Source of the DNA: Thermoanaerobaculia bacterium
GTDB taxonomy: Bacteria > Acidobacteriota > Thermoanaerobaculia > UBA5066
Reading direction: 5' to 3'
Assembly (NCBI GenBank): GCA_963816185.1
Contig: CAWFJJ010000029.1
Location: 256,001 to 320,000 of the forward strand
Length of the DNA stretch: 64,000 bases
The notes under the pieces are model-generated. The model was not told the origin of the DNA and did no database searches. It saw nothing but the letters and a program-made list of their open reading frames with translations. The position numbers and the translations under genes are program-made. Positions 11,001-20,437 of this stretch are shown here, in pieces (the stretch's first letter is position 1; every line of letters begins with the position of its first letter).

Positions 11001-11208
11001 GAGGGCGATCGACACGATGGCCCACACCCTGGGAAAAGAGACGATCGCCGAGTGCGTGGAGAGTCTGGATTCCGTGAAAACTCTCGTGGAGCTCGGCGTC
11101 GGGTACGGCCAGGGCTACGCGCTGGGAATGCCGGCCCCGGAGCTTTCGCCGGGCGGTGGGCGTACTCTTCCGCTGCCGAAGGTCAAGCGGGCGACGGAAG
11201 GCGGCTGA
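8095..11208 (+). CDS. GAF-PAS-GAF-PAS-GGDEF-EAL diguanylate cyclase/phosphodiesterase; multiple frameshifts
   Basis: Domains spread over ORFs 8095 (GAF, PAS, and DDFGTGFSS at end), 9113 (PAS, HDPLT, RFGGDEF), 10260 (HFEALIRL) and 10629 (FVNLS, FEITET). Confidence 0.85.
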   Translation: MESGSDSPDVGKRLRERGERVQAAAFRIAEAVTATESLKELFSRIHSIVSGLMEAANLYIALHDPDRDILSFPYFVDEVDEPFPPKPLGKGLTEYVLRTGRPLLASPAVFEELVASGEVEPIGSASVDWLGVPLRGRDRTIGVLVVQSYSGKVRYTEEDRDLLVFVSSQIAQTIERKRSEEALRESELKLRSTVADLKRLTDNMVDVISQVDLGGRFQFVSPSHEVVTGWTPGELLGANALDLVHPDDREMIRAKLARGAVTGKSGVAEYRYRVRDGRYIWVETVSNVLRGPDGKPQAYVLGSRDVTARKRAEAVLGVLHETERKILRHEPIERILQFICDEVAGRFEFAVVWIGTRSPMGRSSQRAVAGPAGDFVEAEPLPVGRRARRAGSERGGHPHRPAGGHYDEGGREGRGLEGRRREVPSRLGAVDPARRRGVRARCPLELLGPPELLRRGDDPPSHALRRPGGARPRRSGAARADRAPDRGARGGGERGRHHGPRGPDRVGEPRLHGAHRMAEGGGHREDPANPEVGHPGPLLLREALGDDRGGERLAGRASQPAQGRLGLRRGADHHPGPVGGRRDSPLHLDQAGRHGPKAERGADQAPRLARPAHGPLQPPRVRRVSGATVSRRAPRIAVVASPPRPRQLQDRQRCARAPRRRPGPGRGGPSHRDARAPRRRGRPVRRRRVRRPARRGGAGGSPDHGGAAPAIRRRAPVLRRRPCFRPRGQRRSGPGGRPADASSLMAVADTALYAAKERGRNRVMVVESARAAPLRSPRRAAGRRGSRRRCGRIVSSSTTSRSSISSRAERRTSRRSSVCRRGRTTYRAGGLPPGGGEVRPDALRRCLGRGPASSSSWSTVPTWRSSSTSRARAWETSLSLVHRGALTSTGSRPDAWPSRSPRRRRSRDIVVAREWMRRVKDRGCRFALDDFGTGFSSFSYLQSLPADYVKIDGSFIRGVETDPAARALVRAIDTMAHTLGKETIAECVESLDSVKTLVELGVGYGQGYALGMPAPELSPGGGRTLPLPKVKRATEGG

Positions 11209-12272
11209 ATGAAGAAACACCGCATCGCCGTGATCGCCGGAGACGGAATCGGCAAGGAGGTCGTGCCGGAGGGGATCCGCGTGCTCGAAGCGGCGGGCGC
11301 GAAGTTCGGGCTCGCGTTCCAGTGGGACGAGCTGCCGTGGAGCTGCGCGTACTACGCGAAGACCGGGCGCGATGATGCCGGAGGACGGGCTCGACCAGAT
11401 CCGCGACCACGACGCGATCTTCCTCGGCGCGGTCGGCTTCCCGGGCGTCCCCGACCACGTCTCGCTCTGGGGGCTCCTGATCCCGATCCGCCGGCGGTTC
11501 CGACCAGTACGTGAACGTCCGGCCCGTGCGGCTCATGCCGGGCGTTCCGCTCGCCCCTGCGCGGCCGCGAGCCCGGGGACATCGACTTCGTCGTCGTGAG
11601 GGAGAACAACGAGGGGGAGTACTCGACGCTCGGCGGACGGATGCTTCGAGGGCACGGACGCCGAGATGGTCGTGCAGGAGAGCGTCTTCACCCGGCGCGG
11701 CATCGACCGGATCATGCGGTACGCCTTCGAGCTCGCGCCGCAAGGGCCGAAGAAGCACCTGACCTCGGCGACGAAGTCGAACGGCATCTGCCATCACGAT
11801 GCCGTATCTGGGACGAGCGGGCCGAGGCCATGGCGCGGGAATACCCCGACGTGAAGGCCGACAAGTACCACATCGACATCCTGACGGCGCACTTCGTCGG
11901 AACCCGGACTGGTTCGACGTCGTCGTCGGATCGAATCTCTTCGGAGACATCCTGTCGGACCTCGGGCCGGCCGTGCACCGGGCACGATCGCCATCGCGCC
12001 GTCGGCGAACCTGAACCCGGAGCGAGAGTACCCGTCGCATGTTCGAGCCGGTCCACGGCTCGGCTCCCGACATCGCCGGCAAGCGGGATCGCGAACCCGA
12101 TCGGCCAGATCTGGTCGGGCGCGATGATGCTCGAGCATCTCGGCCACCCCGAGGCCGCGGACGCGGTCGTGCGCGCGATCGAGCGGTCCTTCGGGAGGGC
12201 CCGCGCACGCCGGACATGGGCGGCCGCGCGAGCACCGGGGAGGTCGGCAAGGCGGTCGCCGGGGCGGTCTGA
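11209..12272 (+). CDS. tartrate/D-malate dehydrogenase (isocitrate/isopropylmalate DH family); multiple frameshifts
   Basis: IAGDGIGKEV, GAVGFPGVPDHVSLWG, RENNEGEYS, TSATKSNG, NLFGDILSDL, FEPVHGSAPDIAG pieces across frames. Confidence 0.85.
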
Positions 12273-12314
12273 TCCGGCTCGCGCTAGGATGGGCGAAGCG
12301 GAGGAGGACCAATC

Positions 12315-13232
12315 GTGAAAAAAGCTCTCCGGCTCACTCGCATTCCCGCCCTGACGTTCGCCGCGCTCGTCCTCGCGAGCTGCGCGTGGAAGAAGGACCT
12401 CGACCAGGTCAAGGCCGAGAACAAGACGCTCAACGAGGAAAAGCAGCGCGCCCAGAGGGAGCTCGGCGCGGCCGGCGCCGCGACCGCCGAGATGCAGTCC
12501 ACGCTCGACGAGGTGCAGAAGAGCCTCGAGGACCTGCGCGTCAAGGAGCTCAAGGCCGTCAAGACCTCGATCGCCGTCGCCCAGGAAGGCAAGACCGCTA
12601 CCGCCCAGAAGCGCGACGAGCTGAAGACGGAGATCGAGGAGATCCGCAACGCCGTCAAGGCGAACCTCGCGAAGCTCGAGGCCCTCCAGAAGCAGAAACA
12701 CGCCTCGGACGTGAAGGCCACGACGCTCGAGCGACTCGTCGCCGAGCTGCGCGGCTCCCTCGAGGAGAAGGAAGCCACGATCGCCGCGCTCGAGCAGAAG
12801 ACGCAGGAGCTGACGAAGACGACGGAAGAGCTGAAGAGCACCGTGAAGGAGAAAGAGGCGGCCGTGAAGGAGAAGGAGGCCGTCATCGCGGACCGCGAGA
12901 CGCAGATGTCGACCGCCTACGTCCTCATCGCGACACAGAAGGCGCTCAAGAAGGCCGGCCTCGTCGAGAAGAAAGGCTCCGTGCTGGGCCTCGGCGGGAA
13001 CTGGCAGCGGACGGGCCAGTTCGACGAGACGCTCTTCAAGCAGATCGACACGCGCAAGGAGACGGAGTTCGCCGTGGGCGCCGCTCGCGACAAGGCACGG
13101 GTCCTCTCGGATCACCCGAAGGACAGCTACACGCTTGCGGCGGCGGGCCCGAAGGCGAGCACGCTGACCGTGACGGACGCGGCGCGGTTCTGGAAGGGCA
13201 GCAAGTACCTCGTCGTCATGCTGCCGGACTGA
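12315..13232 (+). CDS. coiled-coil lipoprotein resembling the Bacteroidota Cbp1-type family
   Basis: Lipobox LASC, long heptad coiled coil, C-terminal FKQID...HPKDSY...FWKGSKYLVV pattern (family call from recall). Confidence 0.7.
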   Translation: MKKALRLTRIPALTFAALVLASCAWKKDLDQVKAENKTLNEEKQRAQRELGAAGAATAEMQSTLDEVQKSLEDLRVKELKAVKTSIAVAQEGKTATAQKRDELKTEIEEIRNAVKANLAKLEALQKQKHASDVKATTLERLVAELRGSLEEKEATIAALEQKTQELTKTTEELKSTVKEKEAAVKEKEAVIADRETQMSTAYVLIATQKALKKAGLVEKKGSVLGLGGNWQRTGQFDETLFKQIDTRKETEFAVGAARDKARVLSDHPKDSYTLAAAGPKASTLTVTDAARFWKGSKYLVVMLPD

Positions 13233-13408
13233 GGGCGCGCGCGCGTGCACGGTTTCGTGCGCGGGCCTACCCCATGTGGTCTCCGAAGAGCACCCGAGGG
13301 GCGCCCCGACGTGCCATCGGGTTGCAGGCCAACGCGATCGGCTGTTCCGCGCCGTGGCACCGCGATTGAACGGAAGACGAGGAAGCCCGGTTACGGGCAG
13401 GAGGAAAA

Positions 13409-13667
13409 ATGAAGAAGACCACCACCGCCGTCGTCGCCACCCTCGCCGCGGTCGCCCTCGGCAGCGCGGCCCTTGCCACCATGGACATCCAGAAGGAGTA
13501 CAAGGCCAAGGACGCCGAAGGCCAACTGCGCCACCTGCCACGTCGCGAAGATGCCGAAGAAGGACGCCGCCGAGCTCAACGACTTCGGCAAGACCGTCAA
13601 GGCCGCCAAGGGCAAGGACGGAAAGGTCGACTGGTCGAAGGTCAAGGCCCCCGAAGCGAAGAAGTGA
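13409..13667 (+). CDS. small secreted monoheme cytochrome c; frameshift near 13515
   Basis: AGGAGG RBS, signal peptide MKKTTTAVV..., then CATCH heme motif and downstream Met in the shifted frame (ORF 13473). Confidence 0.8.
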
Positions 13668-13702
13668 AATTTCCTCCCCTGGCGGCCGCACGGCGGCTGT
13701 CG

Positions 13703-13737
13703 CGCCCCCGGATCCAAATCCGGGGGCGTTTTCGTTT
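13703..13737 (+). terminator. intrinsic terminator between convergent cytochrome c and tnaA
   Basis: Stem CGCCCCCGGAT / ATCCGGGGGCG, loop CCAA, followed by TTTTCGTTT. Confidence 0.8.
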
Positions 13738-13743
13738 CGTGCG

Positions 13744-15119
13744 TCAGCGGGCCAGCGGAGCGAAGCGCGCCGTGAAGTGGCGGAGCATGCGCGGGGCCTC
13801 GGTGATGCGGTAGCCCGTGATCTTCGACGCGTTCTTTGCGACCTCGAGGACGGCCTCGGCCACGTAATCCACGTGAGACTGCGTGTAGACGCGGCGCGGG
13901 AAGGCGAGGCGCACGAGATCCATCGGGCCGGGCTGCTCGGTGCCGTCGGTCTTCAGCCCGAACATGACCGTCCCGATCTCGACGCCGCGCACGCCCGCGA
14001 CCTCGTAAAGCGCGTTCACGAGCGCGATGCCCGGGTACTGGAGCGGCGGGATGTGCGGGAGCAGCGCGCGTGCGTCGAGGTACACCGCATGCCCGCCGGC
14101 GGGCGGATCATCGGCACGCGGGCCGATTCCAGCTTCTCGGCGAGGTACTCGATCGAGCGGATGCGGTATTGCAGGTACGGCTCTTCGACGACCTCCTCGA
14201 GGCCGCGCGCGATCGCCTCGAGGTCGTAGCCGGCGAGGCCGCCGTACGTCGGGAACCCCTCCGTGAGGATGAGAAGGTTGCGCGCTTTCTCGGCCCAGGC
14301 GTCGTCGTTCATCGCGAGGAAGCCGCCGATGTTCGCAAGCCCGTCCTTCTTCGCCGACATCGTGCAGCCGTCGGCCAGGGAGAACATCTCCTGCGCGATC
14401 TCCTTCGGGGTCCGGCCGTCCTGCCCCTTCTCACGGCGCTTGACGAGGTACGCGTTCTCGGCGAAGCGGCAGGCGTCGAGGAAGAAGGGCTTGTCGAACC
14501 GGTCGCAGAGCGCGCGCACGCCGTGGAGGTTCTCGAGCGACACGGGCTGGCCGCCCCCGGAGTTGTTCGTGACGGTGACCATGACGAGCGGAACGCGGCC
14601 GCCGTCCTTCGCGAGCGTCTCCTCGAGGGCTCCGAGATCGACGTTGCCCTTGAACGGGTGGAGGAGACTCGGGACGCGTCCTTCCGCAATGACGAGGTCG
14701 CGCGCCTCGGCGCCTTCGACCTCCACGTTCGCGCGCGTCGTGTCGAAGTGGTTGTTATTCGGGACGACGTCGCCCTCGTGAAGGATCGTGTGGAAGAGGA
14801 TGCGCTCCGCGGCGCGCCCCTGATGCGTCGGAATGACGTGCTTGAACCCCGTCAGCTCCTGCACGGCGTCGCGAAACCGGTAATACGAGCGGCTGCCCGC
14901 ATACGACTCGTCGCCCTGCATGAGCGCGCCCCACTGCGCGGCCGACATCGCGCCCGTGCCGGAGTCCGTCAGGAGGTCGATGAGGACGTCCTCGGCACGG
15001 AGGAGGAAGACGTTGTATCCGGCCTCGGCGATGGCCTTTTGCCGCTCCTCGACGGTCGTCGTCTTGATCGTCTCGACGGATTTGATCCGAAAGGGCTCGA
15101 TGATCGTGCGGAATTCCAC
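13744..15119 (-). CDS. tnaA: tryptophanase; frameshift near 14100
   Basis: EPFRIKSVE, DLLTDSGT, HQGRAAE, MSAKKDG (PLP Lys), RLAFPRRVYT; LRHFTA has His as in TnaA rather than the Phe of tyrosine phenol-lyase. Confidence 0.85.
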
Positions 15120-15142
15120 GAGAGGCGAGGATAGCAGCGGGT

Positions 15143-16774
15143 TCAGGCCGGAGTGAGTCCGACCACCCGGCCGTCCACGAGGTCGATGCGCTCGGCTGCG
15201 GGGACGGCCGGAAGGCCCGGCATCCTGATCATGTCTCCGAGCAGCGGTACGAGGTAGCCCGCGCCGGCCGCGAGGACGACGCCCCGCACGGTGATGTCGA
15301 AGTCCTCCGGGCGCCCCAGGAGCTTCGGGTCGTCCGACAGCGACTTCTGCGTTTTCGCGACACAGAGCGGGAGGTCGCCGTATCCGAACGCGACCGCTCG
15401 CGCGAGGTCCGCGTCCGCCTCGCGAGTCCAGACGACGTCGCTCGCGCCGTACATGGCGCGGGCGATCTTCGACATCTTCTCCTTCGGGGGATCGGTTCTG
15501 TCGTAGAGCGGCCGGAACCGGCTGCCGGGCCCTTCCGCCTGCGCCACGACGGCGTCGGCGAGCTCGATGCCGCCCTCTCCGCCGCACGCGAAGACGTCCG
15601 AGACCGCGAAGGGAACCTGAAGCCTCTCGCAGGCGCGCCTGACGAGGGCAATCTCCTCGACGGTGTCCGTCGCGAAGCGGTTGAGGGCGACGACGGGGCC
15701 CTCGCCGAAGATGCGGATCGACTCGACGTGCTTCTCGAGGTTCGAGAGTCCGCGCTCGAGCGCCACGCTGTCGGGCCGCGCGAGGGAATCCTTCGCCGCG
15801 CCGCCGTGGAGCTTGAGCGCGCGCACGGTCGCGACGAGAACCACGGCCGCCGTGTCAAGGCCTGCCGAGACGCACTTGATGTCGAAGAATTTCTCGGCGC
15901 CGAGGTCGAATCCGAAACCAGCTTCCGTGACCGTGTAGTCGGCGCAGGCCATCGCCATCTTCGTGGCGATCACCGAGTTGCAGCCGTGCGCGATGTTCGC
16001 GAAGGGCCCGCCGTGGAGGAGGGCGGCCACGCCGTCCACCGTCTGGACGAGGTTCGGCTTCAGCGCGTCCTTGAGGAGCACCATCATCGAGCCGACGGCC
16101 TTGAGGTCGGCCGCCGTGACGGGTGTTTTCTCGCGCGTGAGCGCGACGATCATGCGCGCGAGGCGCGCGCGCAGGTCCTCGGCGTCCTCGGCGAGGCAGA
16201 GAGCCGCCATGACCTCGGACGCCGGGGTGATGTCGAAGCCCGTCTCGCGCGGCACGCCCTCGAGAGCGCCGCCGAGGCCGATGACGACGTGCCGGAGAGA
16301 CCGATCGTTCATGTCGATCACGCGGCGCCAGAGCACGCGCCGCGGGTCGATGCCGAGGCGGTCGCCCTGCTGGATGTGGTTGTCGAGGAGCGCGGCCAGG
16401 AGGTTGTGGGCCGCCGAGATCGCGTGGAAGTCGCCGGTGAAGTGGAGGTTGATGTCGTCCTCGGGCACGACGCGCGCGCGCCCGCCTCCCGTGGCTCCGC
16501 CCTTCATCCCGAACGTCGGGCCCAGGGACGGCTCGCGCAGCGCCAGACACACGCTCCGGCCCGTCTTCGCGAGCCCTTGCGCGAGCCCGATGGACGTCGT
16601 CGTCTTGCCTTCCCCGGCGTCCGTCGGCGTGATCGCCGAGACGAGGATCAGCTTACCCGGATTGCGCCCGTTCGCGCGGGCGGCGAGCGAGACTTTCGCC
16701 TTGTCGTCGCCGTAGAGGGTGAGGTGCTCGCGCCGGATCCCGAGGTCGGCCGCGACGTCCACGATCGGTCGCAT
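15143..16774 (-). CDS. fhs: formate--tetrahydrofolate ligase
   Basis: TPTDAGEGKTT, LREPSLGP, NLHFTGD, HGGPFANIAHG, TEAGFG, MPGLP. Confidence 0.95.
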   Translation of the reverse strand: MRPIVDVAADLGIRREHLTLYGDDKAKVSLAARANGRNPGKLILVSAITPTDAGEGKTTTSIGLAQGLAKTGRSVCLALREPSLGPTFGMKGGATGGGRARVVPEDDINLHFTGDFHAISAAHNLLAALLDNHIQQGDRLGIDPRRVLWRRVIDMNDRSLRHVVIGLGGALEGVPRETGFDITPASEVMAALCLAEDAEDLRARLARMIVALTREKTPVTAADLKAVGSMMVLLKDALKPNLVQTVDGVAALLHGGPFANIAHGCNSVIATKMAMACADYTVTEAGFGFDLGAEKFFDIKCVSAGLDTAAVVLVATVRALKLHGGAAKDSLARPDSVALERGLSNLEKHVESIRIFGEGPVVALNRFATDTVEEIALVRRACERLQVPFAVSDVFACGGEGGIELADAVVAQAEGPGSRFRPLYDRTDPPKEKMSKIARAMYGASDVVWTREADADLARAVAFGYGDLPLCVAKTQKSLSDDPKLLGRPEDFDITVRGVVLAAGAGYLVPLLGDMIRMPGLPAVPAAERIDLVDGRVVGLTPA

Positions 16775-16885
16775 CGAAACTCCTCCGCTTATCAAGTTGG
16801 AATAGGACCGGAGGAATTTCACTGGCGCGGGTGCATCAGGGCGGAGCAGGAAACCGGCCCGCGCCGACTACACTTCCCGGGCCCG

Positions 16886-19807
16886 ATGGAGGTGTCCGTG
16901 AACTCGCTTCGACGCCAGCGACCCCTGTTTGTGCCCCTCGCATTGCTCTTCCTTGCCGTCTCGGCGCTCGCGCAACCGCTTCCCGAGACTCTGTTCCAGG
17001 AGATGCGCTGGCGGATGATCGGCCCGTTTCGCGCGGGGCGCACCGTCGCCGCGAGCGGGATCCCGGGGAACACGAACGTCTTCTACGCCGCCGCGAACAA
17101 CGGCGGGGTCTGGAAGACGACGGACGCGGGGCGCGTGTGGACGCCGATCTTCGACGACCAGCCCACGGGCTCGATCGGCGCCCTCGCCGTAGCCCCGTCG
17201 CGTCCGGACACCATCTACGTCGGGAGCGGCGAGGGCCTGCAGCGGCCCGATCTCTCGGTCGGCGACGGCATCTACAAGTCGACCGATGCGGGGAAGACCT
17301 GGGTCCATCTCGGCCTTCGCGACGCACAGCAGATCGCGGGCCTCGTGGTCCACCCGCGCGATCCGGACCGCGTTTACGCCGCAGTCCTCGGCCACCCGTA
17401 CGGCCCGAACGCCGAGCGCGGCGTCTTCCGGTCGACAAACGGCGGCCGGACGTGGACGAAGGTCCTCTACAAGGACGAGAACACGGGCGCCTCGGCCGTG
17501 ACACTCGACCCGTCGAACCCCGATGTCGTCTACGCCGTGCTCTGGGCCGGACGGCAGGGCCCTTGGGAGAACGGCGAGTGGCAGGGGCCCGAGAGCGGCC
17601 TCTTCAAGAGCACGGACGGCGGCACGACCTGGAGGAAGCTCACGAAGGGCCTGCCCACGTTCAAAGAGGGCCTCGGGCGCATCGGCGTCTGCGTCTCCCC
17701 GGCGGATCCGCGGCGCATTTACGCGACCGTCGACGCATCGCCCGAAAAAGGCGGCATCTACGTGTCCGACGACGCCGGAGAGAGCTTCACGCGCACGAAC
17801 GGCGAGTCGCGCGTGTGGGGGCGCGGCGACGACTTCGCCGAAGTGCGCGCACATCCGAAGAACCGCGACGAGGTCTGGGCCGCGAACACCTCGACGTACC
17901 GGTCGACCGACGGGGGAAAGACGTTCACGCCCGTCAAGGGCTCGCCGGGCGGCGACGACTACCACACGATCTTCATCCACCCCGAGAACCCCGACGTCAT
18001 CCTCCTCGCGGGCGACCAGGGCGCGACGATCTCCGTGAACGCGGGCGCGACGTGGAGCAGCTGGTACAACCAGCCGACCGCGCAGCTCTACCACGTCTCC
18101 ACGGACGACCGGTTTCCGTACTGGGTCTACGGGGGGCAGCAGGAAAGCGGCTCGGTCGCGATCGCGAGCCGGGGCGACGACGGCGCGATCAGCTTCCGCG
18201 ACTGGCACCCCGTGGCCGCGGAGGAGTACGGGTACGTCGCGCCGGACCCGCTCGATCCCGACGTCGTCTACGGCGGAAAGCTCACGCGCTTCCGCCACTC
18301 CACGCGCGACGCGCAGGACGTCTCGCCGGAGGCGGTCCGTGAAAAATACCGGTTCCTGCGCACGGCGCCGGTCCTCTTCTCGCCCGTCGATCCGCACGTT
18401 CTTTATTACGCGGGCAACGTGCTCTTCAAGACGACGACCGGCGGGAAGACGTGGGATGTCGTCAGCCCGGACCTCTCCCGCGAGAGCGCGGACGTTCCGG
18501 AGTCGATCGGCATCTACCGCAAGCCCGAGATGGCGAAACAGCCGCGCCGCGGCGTCATCTACACCGTCGCGCCCGGGAAGAAGGACGTGAACGTGATCTG
18601 GGCGGGCACCGACGACGGCCTTATCCACCGCACCGCGGACGGCGGGAAGACGTGGGCGAACGTCACGCCGCCCGGCCTCACAGCCTGGAGCAAAGTGTCG
18701 CTGATCGACGCCTCGCCCTTCGACGACCTCACCGCCTACGCAGCGATCAACCGCATCCGCCTCGACGACCTCGAGCCGCACGTCTACCGCACGCACGACG
18801 GCGGCAAGACCTGGAAGGAGATTGTGAAAGGCCTTCCCGACGATCCCGTCAACGCCGTCCGCGAGGATCCCGTCCGGAAGGGACTCCTCTACGCGGGCAC
18901 GGAGCGCATGGTCCAGGTCTCGTTCGACGACGGCGAGAGCTGGCAGCCGCTCCGCCTCAACATGCCGGCCACGTCCGTCCGCGACCTCATCGTCCACGGC
19001 GACGACCTCGTCGTCGGTACGCACGGCCGCGGTTTCTGGATTCTCGACGACGTGACGCCGCTCCGGCAGCTCGACGCGAAGACGGCGCTCGACGCGCCGT
19101 TCCTCTGCGCGCCCGAGACCGCGATCCGCGTGCGCCGCAGCCGCAACACCGACACGCCGCTCCCTCCCGAGGAGCCCGTCGGCCAGAACCCTCCGGACGG
19201 TGCGATCCTCGACTACGTCCTCCCGACTAAGCCGGCGCCGCCCGTGACGCTCGAGATCCTGGACGAGAAGGGCGCGCTCGTCCGCCGCTTCTCCAGCGAC
19301 GACGCGCCGGAGCCTCTCGTCGAACCCCTCATCGTCACCCGGTCCTGGGCGCGTCCTCCGCGGATTCTCCCGGCGACGCCCGGCATGCACCGCTTCGTCT
19401 GGGACCTGCGCTTCCCGCCCCCGCGCGCGAAGCACTACGAGTACCCGATCTCCGCGATCCCGGGCGACACGCCGCGCGAGCCGCAGGGCCCGTTCGTCCT
19501 CCCGGGCACATATACCGTGAAGCTGACCGTCGACGGGAAGTCGCTCACACGGTCCCTGACCGTGAAGCTGGACCCGCGTATCGCGATGTCCTCCGCGGAT
19601 CTCGCGACGCAGCTCGCCCTCCTCAAGCGCCTCGGTGCCGCGCTCGAGCGGCTCGCGGCCGAGCCCGCAAGAACGGGTTCGGCGACGCAGAGGCGGCGCG
19701 GCTCGCTGGAGGAAAAGCTCCTGCAGCTCTACGGGATCATTGAAGGCGCCGACGACGCGCCGACCCCGCAGGCCGTTGCCGCCGTCGACGAGCTGGCGGG
19801 GAAGTAA
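16886..19807 (+). CDS. secreted VPS10/BNR-repeat beta-propeller protein (putative glycosyl hydrolase)
   Basis: Signal peptide, WRMIGPFRAGR, many (S/T)xDxGxTW Asp-box repeats, THGRGFWILDD; the track N-terminus from 15728 is antisense to fhs. Confidence 0.88.
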   Translation: MEVSVNSLRRQRPLFVPLALLFLAVSALAQPLPETLFQEMRWRMIGPFRAGRTVAASGIPGNTNVFYAAANNGGVWKTTDAGRVWTPIFDDQPTGSIGALAVAPSRPDTIYVGSGEGLQRPDLSVGDGIYKSTDAGKTWVHLGLRDAQQIAGLVVHPRDPDRVYAAVLGHPYGPNAERGVFRSTNGGRTWTKVLYKDENTGASAVTLDPSNPDVVYAVLWAGRQGPWENGEWQGPESGLFKSTDGGTTWRKLTKGLPTFKEGLGRIGVCVSPADPRRIYATVDASPEKGGIYVSDDAGESFTRTNGESRVWGRGDDFAEVRAHPKNRDEVWAANTSTYRSTDGGKTFTPVKGSPGGDDYHTIFIHPENPDVILLAGDQGATISVNAGATWSSWYNQPTAQLYHVSTDDRFPYWVYGGQQESGSVAIASRGDDGAISFRDWHPVAAEEYGYVAPDPLDPDVVYGGKLTRFRHSTRDAQDVSPEAVREKYRFLRTAPVLFSPVDPHVLYYAGNVLFKTTTGGKTWDVVSPDLSRESADVPESIGIYRKPEMAKQPRRGVIYTVAPGKKDVNVIWAGTDDGLIHRTADGGKTWANVTPPGLTAWSKVSLIDASPFDDLTAYAAINRIRLDDLEPHVYRTHDGGKTWKEIVKGLPDDPVNAVREDPVRKGLLYAGTERMVQVSFDDGESWQPLRLNMPATSVRDLIVHGDDLVVGTHGRGFWILDDVTPLRQLDAKTALDAPFLCAPETAIRVRRSRNTDTPLPPEEPVGQNPPDGAILDYVLPTKPAPPVTLEILDEKGALVRRFSSDDAPEPLVEPLIVTRSWARPPRILPATPGMHRFVWDLRFPPPRAKHYEYPISAIPGDTPREPQGPFVLPGTYTVKLTVDGKSLTRSLTVKLDPRIAMSSADLATQLALLKRLGAALERLAAEPARTGSATQRRRGSLEEKLLQLYGIIEGADDAPTPQAVAAVDELAGK

Positions 19808-19816
19808 TTCCCTTCT

Positions 19817-20407
19817 CTACGGCGCGCGGACGACGGGCGGCACGGGCGCGGCCTCGATGGCCGCGATGAGGTCCCGCCTCGCGTCTGCGGTATCGAGGCG
19901 CCTGAGGTATGTCTTGTTCTCCCACCAGAACCACCACGCGCCGAAGGCCTTTCGCTCGGCGATCGCGTCCTCCGCGCTCCAGTGGTCCACGAGGATCCGG
20001 TAGACGGCGACGACGAGTCCCGTGCGGTCCCTCCCGGCCTGGCAGTGGACGAAGACGGGCTGGTACTCCGGCGTGAGGATGACTTTCATCGCGCGCACGA
20101 TCTCGTCGGTTTTCGGGTTCCATTGCCTCGCTCGGATCCGATAGGAGTTCAAGCCGAGCCCCGCGAGCGCCGCACCGTCGTCCTGCGCCGCGCGCAGCGT
20201 CACGACCGTGCGGATCCCCCGCTCGCGGAGCCGCCGGAATCCCTCGAGAGTGGGCTGTGCGCCCCTCGAGAGGACGGGCGACACGACCGCGAAATTCGGC
20301 ACGCCGCCCAGCTCCTCGCGCGCCACGGGCGTCGCGCCGGGAGACGCGAGCACAAAGGCGGAGACGAAGAGCGTCGTGCCGGCCAGGAGAGAGAGTCGGA
20401 GCCTCAA
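19817..20407 (-). CDS. secreted tyrosine/dual-specificity phosphatase
   Basis: RGAQP, VHCQAGRDRTG (CX5R), signal peptide. Confidence 0.85.
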   Translation of the reverse strand: MRLRLSLLAGTTLFVSAFVLASPGATPVAREELGGVPNFAVVSPVLSRGAQPTLEGFRRLRERGIRTVVTLRAAQDDGAALAGLGLNSYRIRARQWNPKTDEIVRAMKVILTPEYQPVFVHCQAGRDRTGLVVAVYRILVDHWSAEDAIAERKAFGAWWFWWENKTYLRRLDTADARRDLIAAIEAAPVPPVVRAP

Positions 20408-20437
20408 AGTCGCCTCGACACCACGATACCGGGGGCG

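Noticed and set aside
1385-14110. Programmed ribosomal frameshifting in kbl, tnaA, cytochrome c and others
   Set aside because: No slippery heptamers noticed, and indels are scattered over many unrelated genes, which fits sequencing error.
15728-16885. Long N-terminal extension of the VPS10 protein (1359-aa track ORF)
   Set aside because: It is antisense to fhs; the real signal peptide begins near 16886-16898.
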